DNA of 64,000 bases, from NCBI GenBank assembly GCA_051294375.1, contig CM119269.1:7809225-7873224 (forward strand). The letters are read 5' to 3'. Position numbers and translations under genes: made by a program. Below, piece by piece: positions 1 through 11,638 of this stretch (positions within the stretch are counted from its first letter, which is position 1; each line of letters opens with the position of its first letter). Origin of the DNA: Paraspadella gotoi (lineage: Eukaryota; Animalia; Chaetognatha). The notes under the pieces were generated by a model. The model was not told the origin of the DNA. It made no database searches and saw only the letters and a list, made by a program, of their open reading frames with translations.

Positions 1-710
1 CTACAGACGAACGGTTACGGCACCGATCACGGACACGGGCCCGAAAAAGACTAGGTCTTTCCCGGCGGCGTTGGTCACACCTATGATCCCCGCGCTACTC
101 TTCTGATAAAATGCTAAAACGGAAGATCAAGGTGACGTCGAGATCAAATCATTTGAGGCGGCCTCATAGCTCGCTCGACACACCTATGATGATATGACTA
201 CTGCTGCTGATTGTGGAGAGTACAAACAATGGAGAGAGACCGAACTATGATGCTTGGCTCTCGCTCGTGCTGCTCATCCAATAATATGATGCTCTTTGGT
301 CGCTGGACATAAAGAGCGGGCTTAACGATGAAATGAGGCTCCGGTATGGTATTGTATTTTAAGAAACCAACACGCTGCAAAGGGCTGAAACGCTCTCGAA
401 CCACTGAGTCACGAACCTGGTAGCGTCGTGACGGCTCGTAACCTAGACTGATAGCGCCGAAATATAACGCGTGATCTAGTGAGTGAAAGATAATACGGAT
501 AGGTCTCTCCCGGTGAATAGAGAAGGAGTAATAACAATATATAGGATGGAAACGTGACCGGACAGTCGGTCTACGTGTGGAAGGAGATGCAAGAGGATGA
601 GAGGATATAAAAAATCAAGGACTGGGCAAAAATGATCATAATATTGTCTATCCATTGTATCTTTAAGAATGATATAAATATTATAAGTGTACTGGTTCAT
701 TACTTTTTTC
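1..710 (+). repeat. Very noisy copy of ~6345-6985 (probable raw long-read gap fill)
   Basis: Collinear anchors: aaacggaag-tcaa-ggtgacgtcga, tgatgcttgg, acgctgcaaaggg-tgaaacgct, gaacca-ctgagtcac and attgtatcttta occur in the same order in both places, separated by scattered insertions. Confidence 0.8.
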
Positions 711-730
711 TAGAATAACTCTCCTCTCCT

Positions 731-1034
731 CATTCGCAAAGGGGCTCAGCAATGAACAAAAGATTAATATCATCACTTATCTCCAGGGATATGTGAGAGC
801 GATTTGAATTTGTGACAGCGTTTGTGATTTGTTTATGTTTATGATCTTTCGCCCTCGAGAATTTTGTTGGTGATGAGAAGGAATTTTTCTATTTCTTCTT
901 TCATTTTTTCATTTCTTATTCATTTTTTTAAATTTTAGTTTTTATCCTCCTTTTCCTCAACTTTATTTTCTTTTTCCTATTTCTTTTCCTATTTCTTTTT
1001 CTATTTCTTCCCCATTTGCTTCCCTATTTCTTTT
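731..1034 (+). repeat. Near-identical direct copy of ~1940-2235, ending at a 25-N gap
   Basis: cattcgcaaaggggctcagcaatgaacaaaagatt...gccctcgagaattttgttggtgatgagaagg is present at 731 and at 1940 with only small indels. Confidence 0.9.
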
Positions 1035-1524
1035 NNNNNNNNNNNNNNNNNNNNNNNNNTCGTGGTTTTTTGCACTTTGTTCTTCTTGTGTAATATACAA
1101 TACGAATATATGATAATATATATTCATAATGGTGATTGATTTGAACCTCAAATCGGCTTTTAATTTCACTAAAACTGAATTCAGACAATTTAATAGCATT
1201 TGTTTAAGTCATTTCTGGAGGCCAAAAAAAGAATCCTAGAATCTAGGCTAGATAAGAAAGGAGGGAGGAAAGAACTGAGGAGAGAAAAGGGAGAAAAAGA
1301 AGAACTGAAAAGGAGAAAGAGAGAAAAAGAGAGAAGAAACAAAAGGGAAAGGGGAAAATAAGAAAATAATAAGAAGAAAGAGAGAAAAGAAGAAAGAACT
1401 GAGAAGGGAGAGAAAGGGAAAAAAAAAGAAGAAAAAAAGAAGGAGAAAAGGGAGGAAAAAGAAGAACTGAGAAGGAGAGAAAGGAAAAAAAGAAGAAACT
1501 AGAAGAAGGGAACGACTGTTGTGC

Positions 1525-1580
1525 TTAGTCGTCATCGTCGTCGTCGTCCTCGTTTGATGTTGTCCGAACAACATAATTTT

Positions 1581-1611
<31 letters not shown>

Positions 1612-1633
1612 TACTGTCGGCGTCGGCGTCAGA
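1525..1633 (-). CDS. Candidate terminal coding exon, (S)LTPTPTVTTTTTTTTTTKNYVVRTTSNEDDDDDDD*
   Basis: Acceptor ccatctag| with phase-2 entry matches the phase-2 exit of exon 7599-7683, and the frame ends in TAA at 1527-1525. The polypyrimidine tract is weak and the content is microsatellite-like. Confidence 0.35.
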
Positions 1634-1749
1634 CTAGATGGACGATATTAGGACTGTTGTGACGTCATTAACAAGGCAAAGATAACACCCTTTTCATCTC
1701 TCTCTCTCTCCTTCCTCTCTCTCTCTCTCTCTCTCGTTCTCCTCTCTCT

Positions 1750-1789
<40 letters not shown>

Positions 1790-3027
1790 GCGGTTCCCCC
1801 TTCTTCTTCTTTCCGATTCCCTCTCTCTCTCTCGGCCCCAAAATATTTTAGCCGACAAAATTACTTTCTGCTAAAAAAATTATGTCAAGAAAATAATTTT
1901 CAAAAAAAATGCAATACATCTTATTTTGTTTTTTTTATTCATTCGCAAAGGGGCTCAGCAATGAACAAAAGATTATATCATCACTTATCTCCAGGGATAT
2001 GTGATAGCGATTTGAATTTGTGACAGCGTTTGTGATTTGTTTATTGTTTATGATCTTTCGCCCTCGAGAATTTTGTTGGTGATGAGAAGGAATTTTTCTA
2101 TTTCTTCTTTCATTTTTTCATTTCTTATTCATTTTTAAATTTTAGTTTTTATCCTCCTTTCCTCAACTTTATTTTCTTTTTCCTATTTCTTTTCCCATTT
2201 CTTTTCTATTTCTTCCCCTTTGCTTCCTATTTCTTTTAGTATTTCTTTTCTATTTCTTTTCATTTATTTTTCTATTTCTTACCCAATTGCTTCCTATTTC
2301 TTTAGTATTTCTTTTCTTATTTCTATTCCCTATTCCTTATTTCTGTTCCCCTATTTCTATTCCCCAATTGCTTTCCCTATTTCTTTTAGTATTTCTTTTC
2401 CTATTTCTTGTCCCCTATTCGTATCGTATTTAATTTCCTATTCTTTTCTATTTTCTATTCCTATTTTTTTCTCTCTATCTTTTTCTATTTCTTTTCCTAT
2501 TTTTTAAATATTACAATTCTTATTTATTTCCTAATTCTTCACTATTATATTTTTTTTAAATTTTTTTCCTGATTTGTTTTCTTATTTTTCCCCCTATTCT
2601 TATCCTATTAACTTTCCTATTTTTCCCTATTTCTTTTTCCTATTTCTTTTTCTATTTCTTTTTCTAATTTCCACAATCCTTCCTTTTTTTCTTCGCCAGT
2701 TCCATTCACGTTTTACCCAAGTTAAACTCTTTTCCCAGAAATTCCCTTTATAATTTTTTCGTTACGTTTATCTATTCTAATGTGTGATGCGCGTTTAATA
2801 AATGTGGTGTCCTGTCTTTGATAATCCAACTAATTTTAAGCTCCGACTCAACTTAACAAATCTGGCATAATTTTAGAACGTTTAGCCAGTCACATACGAA
2901 AATAAACCATACATATATATTATATATATATATAATTATATATATAAACATAATTTTAAAAACATTCTTTATGATTTATAGTAATATAGTTAATATAATT
3001 TTTTTTTAAAAACCTTCATTTATGTAC

Positions 3028-3272
3028 TACAGTAGCATCCGTCTAGAATTTCTGAGACGGCAAGCTCTGTAACTCGAGTACAAATGATAATTTTAAGAGA
3101 GATTTTGTCTTGATATCGAGTACACATATGGCTACTCCCCCTTCGGTAAAGCCATTGCTCTAGGACCAATTTTGGGACATCAGAAACTATTGTAAAAAGT
3201 AGCTTCGGCCAGATTTGAACCTGACACCTTTCGTAATGTATGAATCCGGCGCGCTAGCACTCGGCCAAATGA
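3028..3272 (-). mobile_element. tRNA-derived SINE, copy 1
   Basis: The minus strand has an A-box-like TGGCCGAGTG and a B-box-like GGTTCAAATC. The body and tail match 4470-4712 (gagcaatggc..gaagggggagtagccatatg..ctcgagttacagagcttgccgtctcagaaattctagacggatgctactgta). Confidence 0.8.
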
Positions 3273-3691
3273 TTTTCATAAAAATTTGTACAAAATAAAT
3301 TTATAAAAGCTGGAGGTTCGCTTTTATTTTTTGTGGGAAACAAAACCTTCAACAATCGAGGACAGATATTTTGACATCCGAAGTCCCAAGTTTCCCGATT
3401 CATGACGAAACTTCGCAACGGACGACGATTGATACGTAGAAGAAAGCGAATATCTGGCTTATTTTTAATGTTTGAATTGAGGAAGTCAGAGGCGCAAAGT
3501 TGAACATTTCCACGTTGCTTCTAAAGTGTTTTATAAATGTTTAATCCAGTTGCTTTATTGTGAAACAACTGAAAATGTTTTATACCTCGTCTATTGTATC
3601 AATATTAATAAATAGGCTAACGATTGAGAGAATGAAAGAATGAAATCATTTTTGAAAAAAAAATAATCTTAAGTTTTTGATTTGCAAAAAA

Positions 3692-4412
3692 ACAAGTTTG
3701 AGCAAACAATGTCGGATCTGCCTACAATAATTAAGTGGTAATAAGCTAATACAATGATAATTCTTGGTAACGTTTTCTGACTTTCAATTTGTGATCTTAA
3801 CAGATTGTAACATGTTGTAACATAATCAAGTTTAAGCAAAACAATGTCGGATCTGCCCACAATCATTATCGGTAATTAATTAATTAATAATTAATTTATA
3901 ATTAATTCAAGTTAATTAATTAATTAATTTGGCAATTAATTAATTATTTTAATCCAAAAAGTTTGTTTTGATTAATTAATTGACTGATTAATTAATTATC
4001 GATTAATTAATTAAATTATTGATTAATTAACTGATTAATTATTTGATTAATTAATACATCTTGCATTTACATTTAAATATTAAAAACGGAAAAAAAAGCT
4101 TTATCAATTAGTGAAACACGTTTTGATTTTTTCCATTTAAACTGATTTCCACTCAAACGATTCCATCAAAACTTCATATTCAGCTCAATGAACACACTTC
4201 CCTACCCACACACAAATTTCATTCCAATCCATCCATCCATTCATGTGTAACTGGTAAGGTGGGATGGATGGACAGAGAGACGGACTTTTTTTTTGCATAA
4301 TTTATTATAATTTCGATGTTCTGACATAATATAAATGAATGCCTGACAAGATGAGGGACCGACAAAGTGAATTATAGAGTAAGGATCTGCTGAAAGCAGA
4401 TCTGACTAAAAA
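3692..4412 (+). mobile_element. Non-autonomous Helentron/DINE-1-like element, family A copy 1
   Basis: Starts ACAAG. Subterminal motif CGGATCTGC near the 5' end (duplicated at ~3826-3860), internal (TAAT)n and GGAT/GACA/GACG microsatellites, aaatttcattccaatcc core, then a 3' hairpin GATCTGC-TGAAA-GCAGATC followed by TGACTAAAAAA. An inverted homologue lies at 58031-58580. Confidence 0.7.
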
Positions 4413-4467
4413 AGAAAAGAAAAAACAAAATTTATATTGAGGTTTTTGAATTTGTTATTTTAATTAA

Positions 4468-4712
4468 CGAGATGGCCGAGTGGTTAAAAACTAAGACTCG
4501 ACGCAGAATGAAATAGTCGGATTCGAATCCCACTCAAGGTAAACTTTTACAATAAACTGCTATGTCCCAAAGTGGTTGTAGAGCAATGGCTTACGAAGGG
4601 GGAGTAGCCATATGAGTACTCGATAACAAGACAAAAAGTTCTTTTCAAATTATCATTTGGACTCGAGTTACAGAGCTTGCCGTCTCAGAAATTCTAGACG
4701 GATGCTACTGTA
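4468..4712 (+). mobile_element. tRNA-derived SINE, copy 2
   Basis: A box TGGCCGAGTGG at 4473-4483 and B-box-like GGATTCGAATCC at 4519-4530. The ~180-bp body/tail is shared with 3028-3272 and ends with stem-loop CCGTCT...AGACGG. Confidence 0.8.
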
Positions 4713-4917
4713 CCTATTAAAAAATCTAAATATTTTTTTTCAATTTTGTTAACCCTTGAAAATACGTCCCCTGACGACGCATCGTGCAATTTCCCAGAAA
4801 GAAGCAACACGCTTTCTTTTCCGCTGAGAGACTCGTTCTCCCAAGGTGGATTCTCTCAAAACGAAAGGTTTTCTTTCTCACTTTATTTTGAGGGAAGAGT
4901 TTTTCTGGAGTTCTCAA

Positions 4918-5166
4918 GTATTTCAGTCTAAGTCTCTCAATTTTCAGTCTAAGTCTCTCAATTTTCAAGTCTAAGTCTCTCAATTTCAGTCTCTCAATCT
5001 CAGTCTTTCTGAGTCTTTCAATCTAAATCTCTCGGGTCTCTCAGGGTCAGGGTCTAAGTCTCTCAGTTTAAGTCTATCAATCTCAGTCTATGTCTATTGT
5101 CTGAGTCTTTTAGTCTAAGACTCTAAGTCTAAATCTCTCAGACTCAGTCTCTCAGTCTAAGTCTCT
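4918..5166 (+). repeat. Degenerate minisatellite built on tcagtctaagtctc
   Basis: Repeated tcagtctaagtctctcaa-type units are directly visible. Confidence 0.85.
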
Positions 5167-6269
5167 TCCGACTTCGAATCTCGACACTTTTTCCCCTTTT
5201 CCCATTTTTCACAAAACGAATTATTATTAGTTTTTTTCTTCTTCTTTTTAAAATCGCGACTCGATAAGAAGGTTTTCGGTTTGTCGGTATTTCTTGACAT
5301 ATAAAAAAATGGTACAACGCGATAAAAAGTGTTTATTATTTTTAATTTTAGTCGAACTAAAACCCCGTTCGCTGATTCTGTTTATATCTTTTAAGTTTAA
5401 CAAGCGAATTCATGTATCATATTTAAAAAAAAATAATTCGACTTTTCCGCCCTCCCCTTCTTAAAATTAGATCACTAAAATTAGTTTCTCACTACGAGCT
5501 TAATGCTTTTCTTTTTTTTCCTTTTTTTCAGGCCAGAGGTCTCTCATGACGATTGATTGGTTAGAAAATGGGCACTTACGGTTATTGCAATCAGCGTTAC
5601 TGTGTCAGTAGCAGCTGGAGGCCGACGGAACGAATCCACGGGCGAGATAAGGAAAAAAAAGGTGAGAGATTTGTTGAAAAAAGGTGGGAGAGAAAAAAAG
5701 AGAAGAAAAAAGGAGGAAAGAGAAAGAGAAGGAATGAGGAGAACTAAGGAAAAGGAAAGAGGAAGAGGAAAAAGAAAGAGAAGAAAGGAGAAGGAGGAAG
5801 AGAAAGAGAGGAAAAGAGGAGGATTAGGGAAAAGGAAAGAGAAAGAGGGGAAAGAAGAAGAGAGATAAAGAGGATGAGAAAGAAAGAGAAAGAAGAAAGA
5901 GGGAGAGGAAAGAGAAAAAAAAGAAAGAGGAGGAAAGAAAAGGTAAGAGAAAGATGAAAGAGAGAGAGAGAGAGAAAGAAAGAGGAATAGGAGGAAAGAA
6001 AAATGAGAAGAAAAGAAGAAGAAGAAGAAAGAGAAACATAAAAAGGTAAAAGAAAAAAAGAAAACGAGGAAAAGTCAGGATATTTGGAGCCATTGGCTTT
6101 GCAGTTGAGTAGGGGAAAGATCACACGATGATTAAGCTTTTTTTTTCGCAAATTTGGACGGACGGACAGACGAAGGGAAAGACGGACTGCGATAAGGACA
6201 GACGGTCGGACGGACGGAGTAGAGACGAATGGACGTTTGGGTAGTCGGTGCTACAGATAGAGGGAAGGA

Positions 6270-6390
6270 TAGACGGACGAACGGACGAACGGACGAACGG
6301 ACGAACGAACGGACGAACGGACGGACGGACGGACGGACGAACGGACGAACGGACGAACGAACGGACGGACGAACGGACGGACGAACGGAC
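6270..6390. repeat. (GACG/GAAC)n tetranucleotide microsatellite
   Basis: Direct inspection. Confidence 0.95.
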
Positions 6391-6506
6391 GGCCGAAAGC
6401 TAGGTTTCCCGGGGGTCACAACAATTTCCCGCGACGACAGAAAAATGTAAAACGGAAGTCAAAGGTGACGTCGACAAATTTGAGGCGAGCAAGTTCGTCG
6501 AATGAG

Positions 6507-6620
6507 AATGATGCTTGGTTGTGGACCACTGGACCGAATATGATGCTTGGTTGTGGAACAAAAATGATGCTTGGTTGTGGAACGAAAATGATGCTTGGTT
6601 GTGGAACGAAAATGAAGCTC
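6507..6620 (+). repeat. 24-bp tandem repeat aaaatgatgcttggttgtggaacg, about 4-5 copies
   Basis: Direct inspection; it produces the MMLGCGTK repeat in the ORF track. Confidence 0.9.
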
Positions 6621-7439
6621 GGTTATTGGTTATCTGATTTTTTAAAAAAACGCTGCAAAGGGTGAAACGCTTTGAACCAACTGAGTCACAACCGGGCGAC
6701 GTTGACGGCGAAACCTCGTGAGATTCGCGTGAAAAGACTCGTGAATCTAGTGAGAAAAAAAACGTGAAGGCCGTGAAAAAAGGGACGAAAAGGGAAACGA
6801 GACAGGGAGGCGTGAGAAATACGTGGAAAGGAGAAAATATGCAGAGGAGGTAGATGGAAAAATAAATCATAGGACGATGGTTTCAAAAATGATCACGAAA
6901 AGTGCAAAGTTACGTCTTTCACTATTGTATCTTTATAGATTTTATAATATTAATTTTAAAGTCTTACTGTTTCATTTATTTTTTTTGTTTATAGATATTT
7001 TTTATATGTTTTGCTTATTTATTTTTATATTCTATTTTTTATTTCTGGGAAGGGGATGTTAGTGTTGTCTTCTGGAAATTGAGGGTTAAAATACTTTCTG
7101 CTTTCTAATACTTTCTGCCCCAGTTTTCTAATAGACATTTACAGTTTATACACATCATTTCTGTTTGAAAGTCATTGATGAATACTCATATTATCTGAAG
7201 GCATAACAGAAAAGGATTGGATTGGAGAATTTTTGTGAGATTTTTTCTTTTTTAGGTATAATTTTAGGTATAATTTTTAAAGTTTTAAATCAATAAAAAT
7301 GAACTGAGGATTTAAAAGCGTTAAAGGAGTTAAAGGCGACAGAAGCAAAAGGATGGGACGAGAACCGATTTGTGAAAGGAGAGAAAAAAGATCACATTGA
7401 TCACGTCGATCAGATTTGAGATATATCCCTGACAAGCGA

Positions 7440-7533
<94 letters not shown>

Positions 7534-7598
7534 TGAAAGAAAAAAAGAGAGATACTATATCAAACTAAACGACCCGTCATCACCGTTCCTTGTCTCAC

Positions 7599-7683
7599 CT
7601 TCTCTCGTTCGATGTCGCCGCTCCCTCGCCGCCACTGCTGCCGCCGCCGCTACCGCCGCCACTGCCGCCGCTTCCGTCACCGC
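7599..7683 (-). CDS. Internal exon, Gly/Ser-rich (G)GDGSGGSGGGSGGGSSGGEGAATSNER
   Basis: Strong acceptor tttttttttttcag| and donor AAG|gtgaga. 85 nt, phase 1 to 2, compatible with the phase-1 exit of exon 8552-8812. Confidence 0.6.
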
Positions 7684-7890
7684 CTGAAAAAAAAAAAAGA
7701 AATCAGAAATCGATTCGTTTCTCTGTCAAAATCTTCGGTGAAAAATGAAGCGATTAAACTCACAAATTTCTCGCCTCACGATTCGAATCGAAGATTCACG
7801 AGTTTGACGTGTCGGAGTGAATTCACCTCAACTTTATCATCGGTGACGCTTTTAAAGTCTCACGTTTGCTCGGCTNNNNNNNNNNAACAG

Positions 7891-8349
7891 ATGCCGCTGC
7901 AGATTCCAGGCGTCACCACAAGGTCCCAAGCCACTTCACTCAACGTCCCGCCCTCAATTGGCCGCGGTCGACGTTCCCCATCACCAAGCATTGCTGACGA
8001 GGAAGTCGAAGCGCCCCGTCAAACGACGCCACAAACTCCAAGAATCTTTACTTTTCCCCTCGCCGACATAGACGCGCCTTCAACCATGGCAGCAGCCCCG
8101 CCAACGCAGACGGAAGTCGAGGCACTCCGAGCGGCGCTGGACGCCGCCATGGCCGCCACGCGCGCCGCCCAGGAGGCGCTCTCGAGATCTGAAAAGCCCA
8201 AGAAACCAGACCTGCCACCTTTCGACCGTGACAATATCGAAATATGGATAAGACGCGTCGAGTCCGCGTATACGCGAGCGAGAGTCGTCACTGCCAAGGA
8301 TAAATTCGCCTTCTTGGAGGCGAAGATTTCAGTCGACGTCGACCCGCGT
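7891..8349 (+). mobile_element. gag: Truncated LTR-retrotransposon (Ty3/Gypsy-like) gag N-terminal fragment
   Basis: The ORF from ATG 7891 contains KKPDLPPFDRDNIEIWIRRVESAYTRARVVTAKDKFAFLEAKI, resembling the LPPF..D.E.W...VE..F......D..KF.YL motif at the start of invertebrate Gypsy gag capsid regions. It is preceded by an Ala-rich coiled segment, and coding-like composition stops abruptly at 8349. Confidence 0.7.
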
Positions 8350-8355
8350 TTCTTT

Positions 8356-8533
8356 AATATTTTTTGTAAAATGCCCCATTTTTGCATACTTTTTAATTAC
8401 GTTAATTTTAGGGTTATTAATTTGGTTATGAATCAAGAATAAGTATAAGATTTTGGTAAAATATTATAATTAAATATTAAAACCGAAATTAAGAGATTAA
8501 AGAACGGAAATGGGCGGTTTCGGAAAATAGCGT
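8356..8533. mobile_element. Short TIR element (telomere-like-repeat family), copy A
   Basis: Left end tattttttgtaaaatgccccatttt, right end gaaatgggcggtttcggaaaatag, internal ttagggtta. Confidence 0.55.
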
Positions 8534-8551
8534 CAACTAGAAATACCCTAC

Positions 8552-8812
8552 CAGCGCCTGCGAGCGATCGGCAACGTCGCTGCAGTATTCCTGAAGCTGC
8601 CTGCTGCTGCGGCTGCTGCTGTTGTCCAGAGGAGGCGGTGGGCGAAGAGATTGGAGGCGACCCGACGGCGCCTTCGAAGGAGTTGCTGACGGAGGACGAC
8701 GTCGATGTCGTGACGCCGCCGATGATCACAGTAGATGACGCCGCCGTCGTCGTCGTCGCTGTCGTCGTTGTCGTCGTCGTCGTCGTCGTGGCTGACTGAG
8801 GGTGAACGACGC
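8552..8812 (-). CDS. Internal exon, Thr/Ser/Gln-rich VVHPQSATTTT...GSPPISSPTASSGQQQQPQQQAASGILQRRCRSLAGA
   Basis: GC-rich island with acceptor ttctattcatcag| and donor G|gtaggg. 261 nt open, phase 1 to 1. Confidence 0.6.
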
Positions 8813-10337
8813 CTGATGAATAGAAACGAGAAATTAATTCAAAAAATTTGAACGCGATAATTTAATAAGTTACTAAAAGTCTTTCTTAATTTTTTTTTTT
8901 TACATTAAGTACGCCATAAATTTTGATTCTGCATTGAATAATATAAATAATCAAAGGATGTGAATTGATTGGCTAACTCTATTTTAGTTTTAAATTTTTA
9001 TTATAAATATTCTTCTTTTTTTTTTGTGAATTGAAAATGGGGAGGAGAACTTCGCTTTATATTTTGATTTCCCTCATTTTTCATTTCAGCCGCCGCTGCA
9101 GCCGACGATACAGACGCCTCCTTCTCCGCCGCCGCCTCCGCCGCGGCTGCGCCCCCTTTCGTTCGAGAGATTCATCCATTCTCATCACTCGGGTCTCTTT
9201 CGTTCCGGAGGGAGGGAGAACAAGTTGGGGGGGGAGGTATAGGGAGAGGGGGGGAGGTCGAAAGGGGAAGAAATGGAGAGGAGGATAGTGGGAGGTTAGG
9301 GAGAGAGGAAAGAAGACTTTCACTTTGGGGAGAAAATGAGTGAATTGCGGCGACGACAACAACAACAACGACAACAACCTCGACAATGAAACTGACATTT
9401 GACCAAGGTCAAGTTCCTGACCTTAAATCGATATTGATATGTTTTTTTTTTTGTGCCCAATTTTTAAAAAGATTTCGTCTCAAAATCGAAATAAAAAGGT
9501 GAACAAATGAATAATTTGACTTTGGGGGGACGAAAATGGGACTACTGTCACTTCGGAACATTGAAACCGTTGAACTCTGGAAATTTTATACTTAAGAACT
9601 GTGACATTGTGACCTTGACATTGTGACTGTGCCATTGAAAAACTTCTGTCCAGGGTAACTCCTGCACTGTGAAACTGTATCACTGCGAAACTCAGAAAAT
9701 ACTAAAATACTAAAATACTAAAAAAATGATATCGATTTACTTCTTGTTTAATTTTTATACTTTCAGAAAAAATTATGGCAATATTTAAAGCTATTTAAAA
9801 ACTATATTTTAAGGTAAGTTACGTGTTTCCTATTAAATATCGGAGTAATGGTAAAGAGAGAAAAGGAGTGGAATGTTATGAGGGAGAGAAAGAAAAGGAA
9901 GGGAAGGAGAGAGAACTGAGGAAAGGAGAAAAATATAGGGAAAGGAAAAGAAAGGGAAGAAGAGAGAGAAAAGTGAGGAAAGAAGAGAAAAAGGAGGAAA
10001 GAAAAGGAATGGGAGGAAAGGAAAGAAAAATAAATAAAGGATAGGAAAGGAAGGAAAAGAGAGGAAAATATAGAAAAATAGAAAAAAAGGGTAGAAAAGG
10101 GAGGAAAAGAGAGGAAAAGAGAGTACAGAAATATTGGCAGAGAGAAGACACCGAAGACAAGTGATTGGGCAGGGAAGGGGACGGCTTTGGAAAGAGGATG
10201 AGGTTTGTGAAGAGAGGTAAGTTAAGAAAGCGTCGGACGCATTGTATAAGTCGGGCAAGGGTCAGTTTGGGACAGAGAAACTAAATTATATGGTGACTCT
10301 TCTGGCTTCACTCAACAGTTTGATCGATAAACTCACT

Positions 10338-10398
<61 letters not shown>

Positions 10399-10551
10399 AA
10401 AAGAGATAGGATCTAACAATTCCCTTTCTTTTCTATTTTCTTTCTATCTCCTTTCTATCCCATATTATTTCCCCTCCGAATTTCGCAACTTCACGGGCCA
10501 ACGGTCCTGACGTCATTCTTTTGTGACGCACAATTTTTTTTGTCCAATAGG

Positions 10552-10760
10552 AAGTGAGAGATAAGATAATGAGAAAGAAGTGAGAGCTGAGATAATGTGA
10601 GAGAAGTGAGAGATGTGAGAGATGAGATAATGTGAGAAAAGTGAGAGATGAGATGATGTGAGAGAAGTGAGAGATGAGATAATGTGAGAGATGAGATATT
10701 GTGAGAGATGTGAGAGATAGATAATGTGAGAGATGTGAGAGATGAGATAATGTGAGACGA
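10552..10760 (+). repeat. Degenerate minisatellite gagatgagataatgtgagagaagt
   Basis: Direct inspection. Confidence 0.85.
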
Positions 10761-10866
10761 TCGAAGCGAAAAGAGGAAAATCTGACTTGAGGGTGGTGGG
10801 ACCCCCGCGGGGGGTGGGGGGGGAGAACGAAGGTTGGGGGTGAGTGGAGAGGAAGTTAGATCTTGT

Positions 10867-11137
10867 GGCACTATTTTCGGAAAGCGTTCCATTTCTTCTC
10901 ACTTGATATTAATCCCTTAATCCTTAACAAAATCCTTAACCCTAACGATTAATCTTTCACGCAATCGAGAACCGAAATCCCAAATCCATAACTACTATAA
11001 TCTTTAATCCTTAACGCTAACCCCAAATCTCTAACCCTAATCCTTAATTCTAGTCCTAACCTCTTCCATAACGTTATCTTTTATACTAAACCCTAAAATA
11101 ACTAAAAGGAAATGAGACGTTGTGGGAAAATATGACC
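10867..11137. mobile_element. Short TIR element with internal degenerate (CCCTAA)n, copy B
   Basis: Left ggcactattttcggaaagcgttccatttc and right gaaatgagacgttgtgggaaaatatgacc are imperfect inverted repeats. The interior consists of ccctaa/ccttaa/cctaac units. Confidence 0.65.
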
Positions 11138-11585
11138 AATCACGTTGTTTATTTCGTGTCAAATTGTCTCGTCTCGCCCTGTCTCTTAATTTTTTTGTTG
11201 TCACCAAGCTTCATGAGGATTCATGGTCTTTTTTCGTGATTCACTCATTTCGCCAAGCTTCTTATTTTTGTCAATCAAAAGAGTGAAGTTCGCCATCATT
11301 TCTTTGACTGAATGTAGTATGTCAATCAGTTTATCTATAGACCTCTATATTTTTTCAGTACAACGTGATTGTTTTCAAATAAAATTATTTTAATTATCAT
11401 ACGCGATCGTATAAAGTGAAAACGAAACATAAATTACGCGAGAAACAAGAAAATAAAAATAAATCGTAATCAACGAACATGAGGAGTTTTTTTTTCATCC
11501 CGATCGGCTCAACGACTGGAAAAAAAAGAAGCAAAAGCCGACCAGAAACAACTGACCAATAATCGTTGACGATGCTCTCATCCTT

Positions 11586-11638
<53 letters not shown>

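Noticed and set aside
4468-4540. Functional tRNA gene
   Set aside because: A and B boxes are present, but I cannot fold a convincing cloverleaf, there is no oligo-T terminator right after it, and it continues into a body shared with a second copy, so it is a SINE head.
5744-6151. Hydrophobic F/L/S-rich and E/R/K-rich ORFs throughout the track
   Set aside because: They are translations of polypurine/polypyrimidine and (GA)n/(CT)n tracts, not membrane or coiled-coil proteins.
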